Assembly: GCF_032191835.1 (NCBI RefSeq)
Contig: NC_083233.1
Span: forward strand, 60,760,001 to 60,824,000
Source of the DNA: Heteronotia binoei
Lineage: Eukaryota
DNA: 64,000 nt
Direction of reading: 5' to 3'
In this document: positions 50,494 through 61,703 of the stretch, piece by piece
Layout: each line of letters opens with the position of its first letter
Numbering within the stretch: the stretch's first letter is position 1
Translations under genes and position numbers: made by a program
The notes under the pieces: model-generated
Databases searched by the model: none
Seen by the model: only the letters and a program-made list of their open reading frames with translations
Told to the model about the DNA's origin: nothing

Positions 50494-50952
50494 ATGCTGC
50501 GGACCATTCTCCTTCCACTTCTCTCTCACTGCTCAGGTGAGCAGAGAAGAGCTTCATCCTATAGCTTTAAAATCTAAAAGCCAGGACTATTATTAACACC
50601 TATCTATTTCTGCAGGTGTTAGCTCTCAGCCTACCCTGACCCAGCTCTCCTCAATATCTTGAAAGGAAGTGAAACTCTCTGCCTGTCTGAGCAGTGGGTA
50701 TAAGAGCTATGTTGTGGCATAGTATCAGCTGAGAGAGGGGCAGGCGCCTCGGCTCCTGCTATTAAATGACAGCACCGGACAAACTGCGACTCCAGATCGA
50801 TTCTCTGGTTCCATATCAGGCCTAGATAGCTATTTGACCATCACTGGGGTGCAGCCAGACGAAGAGGTGACATATTACTGTGGTTCAGCTCATGGCAGTG
50901 TCTTTACTAGCGTTGTGTAACCACAGTGAGAAGGGAAACTGTGACAAAAACC
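50494..50952 (+). pseudogene. IGLV: Ig lambda V pseudogene I (Ala23 family); leader 50494-50536, V exon 50616-50921, defective RSS 50922-50952
   Basis: In-frame TGA 50660-50662 and TAG 50720-50722 (Trp41), an FR1 deletion, and an RSS spacer of only 15 nt. Confidence 0.93.
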
Positions 50953-51026
50953 TCTGCTGAGAGAAAGAAGGAAAATGTTTGCTGACTAACTGAGAACAAC
51001 TGCAATTGAACGCTGTGCATCAGAAG

Positions 51027-51555
51027 TAGGGTTGCCAAGTCCAATAAAAGAAATATCTGAGGACTTTGGGGGTGGAGCCAGGAGACTTTGGGGTGGAGCC
51101 AGGAGACATTAGGGGTGGAACCAAGATCAAGGCTGTGACAAGCATAATTGAACTCCAAAGGGCTCTGGCCATCACATTTAAAGGGACAGCACATCTTTTC
51201 AATTCCTTCCTTCCATAGGAAATAATGAAGGATAGGGACACCTTCTTTTGGGGCTCATAGAATTGGACCCCCTGGTCCAATCGTTTTGAAACTTGGGGGG
51301 TATGTTGGGGAGAGACACTAGATGCTATACTGAAAATTTGGTGCCTCTATCCCAAAAAACAGGGGCCCCCCAGAGCCCCAGATACCCGCAGATCAATTCT
51401 CCATGATTTTCTATGGGAATAAATCTCCATACGGAATAATAGAGTTCCCAGCAGACATTTCCCTCCCCTCCCCCTGCTTTCTGATGACCCTGAAGCGGGG
51501 GGAGGGTCTCCAAACCGGGGGATCCCCTGACCCCACCTGGGGATTGGCAACCCTA
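51027..51555. mobile_element. 529-bp non-autonomous hAT element (TAGGGTTGCCAA family; many shorter relatives in the window)
   Basis: TIR TAGGGTTGCCAA/TTGGCAACCCTA; perfect 8-bp TSD ATCAGAAG. Confidence 0.92.
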
Positions 51556-53297
51556 ATCAGAAGCAACTCCCGTGGGGTTCACCGGGACTTAGTAAGACTG
51601 CACAGCATTGTGGCCCTGGTGTCATGAAAAGCGGTGGACGCTATGTCTAAGCTCCAATGATACTATGAGGCCTACTGCTGCTTCCATAGAATTTTGAAAT
51701 GCATCCACAGGGTCTTGGAGCTATATTGTGGCTGCTAGTTGATGGTGGCAGTTTATGAATAAATGTGAATCTGGGCCAAGTCAAACTCTGGGCCACTGCA
51801 TAGGAGAAGGAGGAATTTCTGCCTTCTCTGCTGTGCTGCGTATGGCAACTGAAACACACCTTGAGGAGCCTTGAGGACAATGTTCCCTCTAAGCTGCAGT
51901 CTTGTGAGCAAAAATTCTACTTTGTGAGTTACTGGCATTAAAGGTGCGAGCTACTGCATAAATTATGGTGCTCTGGGGTCATCCTTCCTGAGCTAAGACA
52001 GAAATGCATGAGCTGGAAGCTAAAACTCTGTGAGCTAGCCCTTGCTAACTCAGCTTAGAGGGAACACTGCTTGAGGGGAGTGGGGGGAGAACTACTGAGG
52101 TTGCAGGATTGATGCAGAAGAGCGGCCATGTCAGTTGGTATTAGGGTAACCGATAGGGTGGCCATAATATCTGCAGGCCAGCCAGGGACACCTTGAGGGG
52201 GGAAGGAATGTGTGTGCGCGTGTGCAGAGCACACGCGCGCCGCCGGAAACAGGAAGTGACATCACTTCCTGTGACATCATTTCCCCCAAATGACATCATT
52301 TCCCCCAAATGCCACTGCCAGAAACAGGAAGTGACTTCACAGCACTTCCTGTGACGTCCCCAAAAATCCCCCAAATATCACTGCCGGAAACAATTTTGTT
52401 CTCAAATCCTGTATATACTTCATCAGTATATGGGATAAGGCACTTTCTCAACTGTGCTGCATAATGCAGCCTATTTATTTTGTCCTGTTTGCTCTGTTGG
52501 CTCTATCTGCGCCACCTTCATCACTTTCGGGGTGTGGATCCCCCAGTGGGGTGGTCTCCCGACTCCCTCCGCCGGCTGTTTCTGATAGCCCTGCGCCCCC
52601 TCTTTCATTTGATATGTGTCCCGTGCGGGTGCCACCTTCCCGCCGGGAGATGCCGCAAAATGAGCCCCCTTGAGGCTTATGGCGGCAGGGCTTGGGGGAA
52701 GCGAGCTAGACTGCTGTTCTTTTGAGGGGTTATAGAGTGTTTCGAGCCCGTCCCCGTGGCTTTTAAAAATGTTAAAAAGAGATGACACCATGAGGAAGAA
52801 CTAGGAAGTTGATTGTAATTTTTTTTTCAGAGAAGGTGAAATATACATAAGGTAATTCACATCTGTTATTCACTGCAGCATCTTGCACAAATTGATATTT
52901 TTCCAATACTTTGCAAGATGTGCCAGAATCTGCTCCCACCTTGCTATCAGCATTCCATGAGAGGGAGAACTGAGCATTCTTGCACAAATACTATCTTCTA
53001 ATATTATTGGAAGGAGGGAAGAAAGCCAGTCTCCAAGTATATCTGTGGGAACATGTTCGAATGTCTCCTTGTTTATATTCACACGCTGAAAAAAAAAAAG
53101 ACATTTCATTATTTGCTATGATGAACAGCTCCATCCCTGTGTTAAATGGGAATGCGTTAAAATAAGTGGGGTAAGAAAATGCTCTGCAATATTGTTTGAT
53201 GGAATGAAACCCAGTACTTTTTTTGATAGCTGCCCTCTTCCAGAGCAAAAAAGGGAGGGCTTCCCAGAAGCTTTGGTACCCAGTGAGCAAGCAATTC

Positions 53298-53305
53298 ATT
53301 TGCAT
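53298..53305 (+). promoter_or_regulatory. Ig octamer of the V-J promoter
   Basis: ATTTGCAT ~115 bp upstream of the ATG. Confidence 0.9.
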
Positions 53306-53417
53306 AGAGGGTGCATCTCAAGTCCTGGATCAGCTTAAGAAAGAAAGAAAGAAAGAGAGGATGCTAAACAGATTGACATTTCCACAGAGAATCAAAGCAC
53401 TCTCGACATTTCCCAGC

Positions 53418-53858
53418 ATGCTGTGGGCCATTCTCCTTCCACTTCTCTCTCATTGCTCAGGTGTGCAGAGATTTTTTTTTCTTACAGCTTTAAAATGCAT
53501 TTCCAGTCCTGTTATTAACACACTGGGCCCTGTTATTAACACATATCTTTCTATCTTTAGGTGTTAGCTCTCTCCCTGCAGTGACCCAGCCACCCTCAGA
53601 ATCTGTGGCTGTTGGAACGACAGTGAGGCTCTCTGCCCATATGAGCAGTGGGTATGACAACTATGGTACAGAGTGGTATCAGCAGAGAGATGGGCAGGCT
53701 CCTCGGCTTCTACTGTATGGTGACAGCAACAGAGCCAGTGGGATCCCAGATCGATTCTCTGGTTCCAAATCAGGCAGCAACCGCTATTTGACCATCACTG
53801 GGGTACAGCCGGAAGATGAGGCTACATATTACTTTGGTGTAGGTGATAACGAGTAAGC
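53418..53858 (+). CDS. IGLV: Ig lambda V segment J, open, both canonical cysteines absent (Ala23, Phe104); leader 53418-53460, V exon 53561-53858
   Basis: [14 protein letters not shown]|G; ...[21 protein letters not shown]...[14 protein letters not shown]; TAA at 53854-53856. Confidence 0.9.
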
Positions 53859-53897
53859 CACAGTGATACATCTGCAAGGGGAACTGAGACAAAAACC
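53859..53897 (+). other. Canonical 23-RSS of V-J
   Basis: CACAGTG, 23 nt, ACAAAAACC. Confidence 0.95.
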
Positions 53898-54257
53898 TCT
53901 GCTAAGCGAAGGAAAGGAAGCTGTTGCTTGATTGGTTCTCTTTGTTCTTCCATCAACTATTTTAAGAGTATCTCTCAGTGTTAACAGAGAGCCCTTGAGA
54001 GCCTTCGTGTGGATGGTCACCAGACTGTAAGCTCTCAGCAATGGCATACTTTTGCTTCCTGTTAATGTATTTATGCTGTGAAGTTAGAAACAGCAGCTAA
54101 CTGCCTCCTCGTTCAAGTAGCTTTTTGTGTGGTGTCAGTGGATCGGAGCAGCACAAGACACATCAACACAGAAGAAGGAGACTCAGTTCTCAGGCACATA
54201 TATGGACTGTAAAGGAGTGTCACCCCTATTTATATCTGCCTAAGAAAGTAACTAGAA

Positions 54258-55835
54258 GAGCCCCATGGCGTGGAGTGGTAAAGCTGCAGTACTGCAGTCA
54301 GAGCCCTCTGCTCACGACCTGAGTTTGATTCCAGCGGAAGCTGGCTCGAGGTTGACTCAGCCTTCCATCTTTCTGAGGTCGGTAAAATGAGCAACCAGCT
54401 TGCTGGGAGGAAAGCGTATATGACTGGGGAAGGCAATGGCAAACCACCCCGTGAAAAGTCTGCCGTGAAAGATTGTGAAAGCAACGTCACCCCAAACAAC
54501 TGGTGCTTGCACGGGGGACTACCTTTTCATTTTTAAAGAAAGTAACTAGGGAAGGCAATGGCAAACCACCCTGCAAAAAGTCTGCCAAGAAAGCGTCATG
54601 ATGTGATGTCACCCCATGGGGCGGTAACGACTCGGTGCTTGCACATTGGACTACCTTTACATTTTTAAGAAAGTAAGATCATCTACAGAGGCATTCTTCG
54701 GGTGCCCCTGGTTTTAGAAGTAGAGTGGGCAGCCACACAAGAAAGGGCTTTTTTCTTTGGTGGTACCAGGACTCTTTTTGTAGCAGGAACTCCTTTGCAT
54801 ATTATGCCACACACCCCTGATGTAGCCAATCCTCCTGGAGCTTAAAGTAGGCCTTGTACTAAGAGCCCTGTAAGCTCTTGGAGGATTGGCTACATCAGGG
54901 AGGTCCCACTCCAAAAAAATCCCTGGGTAGCACCCATGAGTTGCACACTCTCTCCTCAGCTGTTTACCTGTTACCTGAACTGTTCATTTCCGGGTGCCAG
55001 GCCAAGACTTTTCTGTTTATCCATAGCTTTGTGGGGGTTTTTTCTTTCTGTAAATTGGTTGATTGTTATTGTATGTTGACTTTATGTCTGTTCCGCTATG
55101 TCATTCTTGTATTTAATTGATTATAAAATGGTGATTTTTTTTTTTTTTGTATTTGGTCTGTATGATTCACAAAGCTACATGGATAAATTCTTAGGTACTA
55201 TGGTCTATAGAAAGCCCCATGGCGCAGAGTGGTAAAGCTGCAGTACTGCAGTCCGAGCCCTCTGCTCACAACCTGAGTTCGATTCTGGCGGAAGCTGGGT
55301 TCAGGTAGCCGGATATAGGTTGACTCAGTCTTCCATCCTTCTGAGGTCGGTCAAATGAGTACCCAGCTTGCTGGGGGGGAAAGTGTAGATGAGTGGGGAA
55401 GGCAATGGCAAACCACCCTGTAAAAAAAGTCTGCTGTGAAAACGTTTTGAAGCAACATCACCCCAGCGTTGGAAACAACTGGTGCTTGCACAGGGGACTA
55501 CCTTTAACTTTTACTATGGTCTATACTACTGTATAGCGAGCCCTGTGGTGCACAGTGGTAAAGCTGCAGTACTGCAGTCCTAAGCTCTGCTCACAACCTG
55601 AGTTTGATTCCGGTGGAAGCTGGGTTCAGGTAGCCGGCCCCAGGTTGACTCAGCCTTCCATCCTTCCGAGGTTGGTAAAATGAGTACCCAGCTTGCTGGG
55701 GGGAAAGTGTAGATGACTGGGGAAGACAATGGCAAACCACCCCATAAAAAGTCTGCTGCGAAAACATTGTGAAAGCAACGTCACGCCAGATTCGGAAACG
55801 ACTGGTGCTTGCACAGGGGACTACATTTTTTTTTT
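54258..55835 (+). mobile_element. Cluster of Sauria SINEs (about 54258-54530, 54550-54665 partial, 55211-55511, 55538-55835)
   Basis: Shared GCCCCATGGCGCAGAGTGGTAAAGCTGCAG head and ACCTTT tail; TSDs TACTATGGTCTATA (55196/55512) and ATACTACTGTATA (55523/55840). Confidence 0.9.
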
Positions 55836-55970
55836 TTAAATACTACTGTATATAGTTTATGGTAAGTTGCAGCCTACTATGTAATTTTAAATAAATACAT
55901 TTGTTTCATTTAATATGTCATGTTAACAATTCATTTTGCTTCAGTTCTGTTTTTATATTTCTGGTCAGTT

Positions 55971-56169
55971 CTACAATCCAAATCTTCTCTCACACATGTA
56001 CCCAGGGCTTTTTTTTAGCAGGAATGCACAGGAATGCAGTTCCGGCTGGTGTGGCATTAGGAGGTGTGGCCTACAATCCAAATCTTCTCTCACACATGTA
56101 CCCAGGGCTTTTTTTAGCAGGAATGCACAGGAATGCAGTTCCGGCTGGTGTGGCATTAGGAGGTGTGGC
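55971..56169. repeat. ~100-bp near-identical tandem duplication
   Basis: CTACAATCCAAATC at 55971 and 56071; the copies differ by one T. Confidence 0.9.
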
Positions 56170-57137
56170 CTAATGTGCAATGAGTTCCTGCTGGGCTTTT
56201 TCTACAAAAAAAGCCCTGCATGTACCCTATAAATCACTGACCACTGTTCATATCATTATGCATCTTTGCCTTAGCACCAGGGTTAGTAAATACAGCTCCT
56301 ATGAGAGCTATGAAACTAAGGAGGGAATCCTGTGCCACCCTCTTTAATTTCATCCCTCCGTCCAGTGTCTCCCTTGGTTCTTGTGCTCTCTTTCCCAGTT
56401 CTAAATCTTCAGGTGACCTCTATGATGGAGGAGAACTTGCAAGCCTGCCTATTTCCCTCCCTTCCCCGCCTCACACACAGAAATAATCACCTACTTATGG
56501 GTCAGTGCTCAGAGGCTGACTGAGGTCTCAATAGTAAGCACACTTACTCAAGAGTGAGCCTGCATTAAGTTCCACCTCAACCTCCTGGAACCACACAATA
56601 TGTGTGAAAGAGCTTCATGTGGCTCCCAAACCACAGTTTGACCACCCCTGGGAGACACCATATTTAAAACGATGTCTTGTCACAAGCTGACCAAAATCTC
56701 ATGGCCTGAACAAGAATTCTCTTTCACTGTTTACTAGATGTTCCATCCTGGTTGATTTTACTGGCTCATTCTTTGTAATCCATTTGAATCTCAGTGAGGA
56801 AGGTGGGTTATTATAAATAACGTAAACAGATGTATATATTAAAAAATCTGCCAAACAACTGCAAACAATTGACTGACCCTCAGAAATACACAGCCAGAAG
56901 ATGAATGTCCACAGCCAAACTTATGGAAATGAAGATGAATGAGAATGGAGGAATCCGGCAGCCCTTTCCTTCCTGAACATGGAGCTTGATTCTGTGGCAG
57001 GGGAGCAAATGATGTTAGAACTTAGAGGGTGGGTCACAATCTTTCAGAAAGTTCTAGAAGGGCTATGTTGATGTGGCAGTTGGAAGCTAGGATCTCTGAG
57101 GGCAGCAGCTCAGACAGAGCTCCTTGTGGACGCAGAG

Positions 57138-60100
57138 ATGGCGTACCCTGACCGAGGGGTGTCCAAAGCAGCCATGAGGCACTACTTGACAGAAAGTGCT
57201 CGAATAGCAATTGAAGCTATGGAACCAGAGGAGGGTGTGGTGGAAGTGAGTTCTGGAGGATAAATGAAAGCAGAAAATGGGATGTGTGTGGGGGGGGGGG
57301 GGGTGGGGGGAGATGTAGAAAGAAACTTTAATGGGAAGCATCTCCCAAATCCTGCCCTTGGGGCAACCAGCAATGCAAGTAGGAGCAAGGCACATCTTTA
57401 TGGTGGTGATGGGAAAACAGCCCAGTTCTCCAGTTATGGTGCAGAAATAGTAGGTGAAGCTTCCTCTGGGGCTATGTGCAAATCCTCTTCCAGCATTCTA
57501 TGTGGGTAGAATGAAATTACAAATACATGGAGGATCACTGCAGAAATTCTACCTAATGTGCTTGCATTAATTGTAATGCCAATATAGAGCCTGTTCATAA
57601 ACAGGAAACCTTTATTCACTGTTAAATCACTGTATGTTCCCTTGGTACTACATTATATGTTCAAAGGCCTCAAATATATACGATCACCTGCCTTGGGAAG
57701 AGATAGACAGATCATCTGTCTTGGGAAGAGTTAGACTATAAGCCCAGTTAAATAAAGCATTCATCTCCCTTCTTATATTTATGATGCTACAAGAAGGGGA
57801 AATAATCCTGGATACACTGCTGCTTGGGCGCACTGTGAACACATCAGATGCCTTACCTGGAGTCAGGCCATTAGTGTACAGGATCTCTGGCACAGAAAGG
57901 TATGGTTGCCATCCTCCTGGTGGGGCCTGGAGATCTCCTGCTTTTACAACTGATCTCCAGCTGGTAGAGATCAGCTCCCCACAGTGCCGGATTAAACCCT
58001 GTGGAGGTCCCTAGGCAGTCAAAAAAATTTCAGGCCCCTCACAAATAATCTCAGAATCTGAGAGTCCACCCCACCACCCATGCCCCCCACTGCAGCCTGC
58101 AGGCACCTTCTTAAAAGGCCCTTTTACTAAGCTGCAGAGGAGGGGCAGAGAGAGGCAAACTTGGCAACAATGCCAGCAGCAGCCGCACTAGGCAAGTCGG
58201 GCAAAGAGCAGCTTAGTTGCTGGCTGCATGTGTAGGCTGGGAGGGCTGCAAGCGGGGGGAGGAATGGGGGGGGGAGGGAAAGCCAGCCTGGGACCCCTAA
58301 AGGTGTGGGGGTCCATAGGCCAGTGCCTCCTTGGCCTAATTGTTAATCTGGCACTGACTACCCTGCAGAAAATGGCTGCTTTGAAGGGTGGACTCTATGG
58401 CACTGTTCCAGGTTGAGGCTCCTCCCCTCCCCAAACGCTGCCATCTCCTGGATCCACCCCCAAAGTCTCCAGGTATTTTCCAAGACAGACCTGGCAACCC
58501 TACAGAAAGGTCGTTCCCTATTATCAGAGATCCTTTAATGGAAAATGCCAAGGATGGAACCTTGAGCGTTCAGAACAAGGGCTGTCAGCTCCAGGCTGGG
58601 AAATTACTGAAGAGGGCAAGGTTTGGGAGGAGAGGAAAGGGACTTCAGCAGCATAAAATGCCATAGAGTGCACTCTCCAAAGCTGCCATTTTGTCAAGGA
58701 GAACTGAGCTAGGTAATCTGGAGATCAGTTGTCATTCCAGAAGATTTCCAGGCCCCACATGGAGACTGGCAACTCCATAAGAGCAGGTGATGTATCATGG
58801 AGCTACAGGGTCTCCCAATGGGACCGTATATCTGTTCACCCCAGAGAATCCAGAGCCTGACAGGAGTTCTGATGTGTGCTGTTTCTTTCCTAGCTGGGCC
58901 CTGGGAAGCAGATGCCAGCAGTGGGTCCCAACCAGCTCCTGGACATGCCTCTGTTCTGCAAGACCCCTTTCTTGCCAGGCTCCAACACCTTGTTCTACAC
59001 AACAAAAGTGGGAGAAAAGGTAAACTGTGAACAATATTCAAAAGCATCCCTTTGCCTTGTCTGTATCATGTTTTGATGGTGCTGTTTTGATGGTGCCTTC
59101 TTATGAGAACACAGAATTGTAAGAAAGGACTGTGGGGGTTAGCTAGAAGAAGAAGACCATAGATTTATACCCCGCCCAGTGGCTTACAATCTCCTTTATC
59201 TTCTTCCCCCACAACAGACACCCTGTGAAGTAGGTGGGGCTGAGAGAGCGCTCACAGAAGCTGCTCTTTCAAGGACAACTCTGTGAGAGCTATGGCTGAC
59301 CCAAGAGCATTCCAGCAGCTGCAAGTGGAGGAATGGGGGATCAAACCCGGTTCTCTGCACACTCAACCACTACACCAAATTGGTCTCTATATGGTAGACC
59401 CACTAATGCACTTAGGAAAACCTTGATATATTTGATAGAAGTTTCCATTCAAAATATTTGCAACCCATCCTTCCTTTTTATGGGTCCTACATTGCAGCTA
59501 ACAAATCCAAGTTTAAAAGGAAGCTAGGAGAAGCAACAACAAGAGAATGCAAAGCCAAATAGCAGGAGTGCCTCTATCCAGAGGAGTAAGCAATGAGAAG
59601 CACTAAAGGAGAAGCTATGGCAAACATTAAATGACATAGGCCCTGTGACTGTATATGGCATATCCTTAACAATAAGCCGAAAAGCTGAGAGAGAGACAGA
59701 GAAAGTTTGGAGATAATTTATTTATTTAATGGACTTATATCCCGCCCTTCTCACCGAAGTGTCTCAGGGCGGCTGTGTGTTGTGCGTAGGGCTGCCAGAC
59801 TCCAGATGGTATGTTGCAATAATACACATTCTGATGTATAGACAAAGTCTATAATGCACTGGAAAATAAATTTAACATATATTGTGCAAGAAATAAAATA
59901 CAATTCAGTATACAGTATCAGTTCTCTTGGAACGCCATGGCTGTTTTTTTAACACAACTCAATGTTCAGTCATCAAAATGTCCATCTCATGCAGTTCATA
60001 ATACAGTCAATTGTGCTAATATTCAAAATGTCCATGTTATGCAATTCATAATACAGTCAATTGTGCTAATATTTATATTTCTATAATATATTTATTTTCT

Positions 60101-61545
60101 GGAGCATTTTTTATTGTATATACTTAGCCTCCAGGTGGTAACTGGTGATCTGTTATCACAACTGATCTCCAGGCAACAGAGATAAGTTCAACTGGAGAAA
60201 ATGGCTGCTTTGGAAGGTGGACTCAGTGGCATGATTCCCCCTTGAAGTCCCTCTCCTCCCTCTGTCCCTCCTTCCTCAGGCTCCACCCAACCACCCCCCA
60301 AATCTCCAGATATTTCCCAACATAGATCTGGCAATGCTAGTTGGAGGCAGAAACTGATACGTGGCCCATCCCTTCTCTGGTGCTTCTTGGTTCTAAATTT
60401 CCTCATCTTGGAACAACTTGAAGCTCCTTAGGTGTTTGTTGGTAACATGCAATTAGCTGTTTATGTATTAAATAATAATGGTGTGATACCCAGGCAATGA
60501 CATGCCCAAATTACTTTTGAAAGTTAATACTCTGAAACCGGATCAAAGGGATGCAATCCTTTCAATGCTTCTTCTCGCCCACCACCAGCTTTATCACCCA
60601 TCTCCTACTTTTGACCTGAACGATCCGTATTGTAAAATCATGGCACCAAAATACAACAGTCTCCATGATCCACACTTGCGTGCCTTTTACAAGAGGAAAG
60701 ACAATCTACAGAGACTGAAAAAGTCCGGCTTTGTCACTGACAAAAACAAAGTAGGTGAAACCAAGGAAAGTTGGAAAAAGGGTGGTGGTTGTGACAGCAC
60801 AGGAAGGGTTTGGGGATGTTTTGACTCTTAGAGGAATCCATGAGAGGCAGGGACACTTTTCTCTCTTCCCCTCTTCCCCATAATCTTAGAATTTGTGTCT
60901 GAGCTCAAGAATGTTTTCCCTTGGCCCCTCAATAGCACAAATTTGCAACCAAATTCATAGAATACAAGTGCAGAGAAAAGTTTACCAACCCACCTGCTTA
61001 TACCCAAGCGTGCTAGCCAATTCCCATCTAAAAGTTGGCACGGGGGAGCATGTGTTAATGAAGCTTCTCTGCCTGGACCCCAAGATGGAAGCTGCAGGTG
61101 ATCAAGGCAAGGGTTATTCATTCATACAATGGCGTTTCTACCTTTTGTCGCCTAGGTTGTGTGCTCCCTGAAAGAATTCAATGAATACCGACAGTACTTG
61201 ACTTCCCTCAAGCTGGAGTTTGAAAAGCATTATTTACAAGAACAAGTAAGACTTACAGGAAGTAATAGGTGGGAGGTAGTTGGGTGCCCATCTTCTGAGA
61301 ATATTATTAATAAGTCTAATGATACTTGAACATGGATAGGCCCAACAACCCTATGGCAATTTATCAAGCCAACCCTTGAAATATCCATTTTGTTTCCCTT
61401 TTTAGAAAATGATTGAAAAACAAGTCACAAAGCTACAAGGGACTCCGCTTCTTCCTGAAGCTGCTGACACCTCCAAATACCGAGACTGGCTGCTGAAGGA
61501 AGAAAGACCAACAATAGAGGAACAAGAGAACGTGATGAGGAACCG
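57138..61545 (+). CDS. FSIP2: FSIP2-like (fibrous sheath-interacting protein 2) gene, 5' part; exons 57138-57245 (inferred first exon), 58894-59019, 60589-60750, 61156-61245, 61406-61545; continues beyond the window
   Basis: Phase-compatible GT/AG exons join to ...VGPNQLLDMPLFCKTPFLPGSNTLFYTTKVGEK|LYHPSPTFDLNDPYCKIMAPKYNSLHDPHLRAFYKRKDNLQRLKKSGFVTDKNK|VVCSLKEFNEYRQYLTSLKLEFEKHYLQEQ|KMIEKQ...WLLKEE...MRNR, collinear with the FSIP2 N-terminus as I recall it. Orthology is not established. Confidence 0.85.
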
Positions 61546-61703
61546 GTGTGGATTTCACATAGCTTCTTTGTCTTTCTCTCTGCTGTCTTTCCAATGATAA
61601 AATAGATCTTGCTTCCATCAACTTGGAATGTGAAAATCAAACATAAATTGCCCAGAAAGTTTCTTCCCAGAAGAAATGCCTCCCCTTTGCTTTCTGGTTT
61701 AAC

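Noticed and set aside
60502-60831. 109-aa ORF as a standalone gene
   Set aside because: Only 60589-60750 is exonic (FSIP2-like); the flanks are intron read-through.
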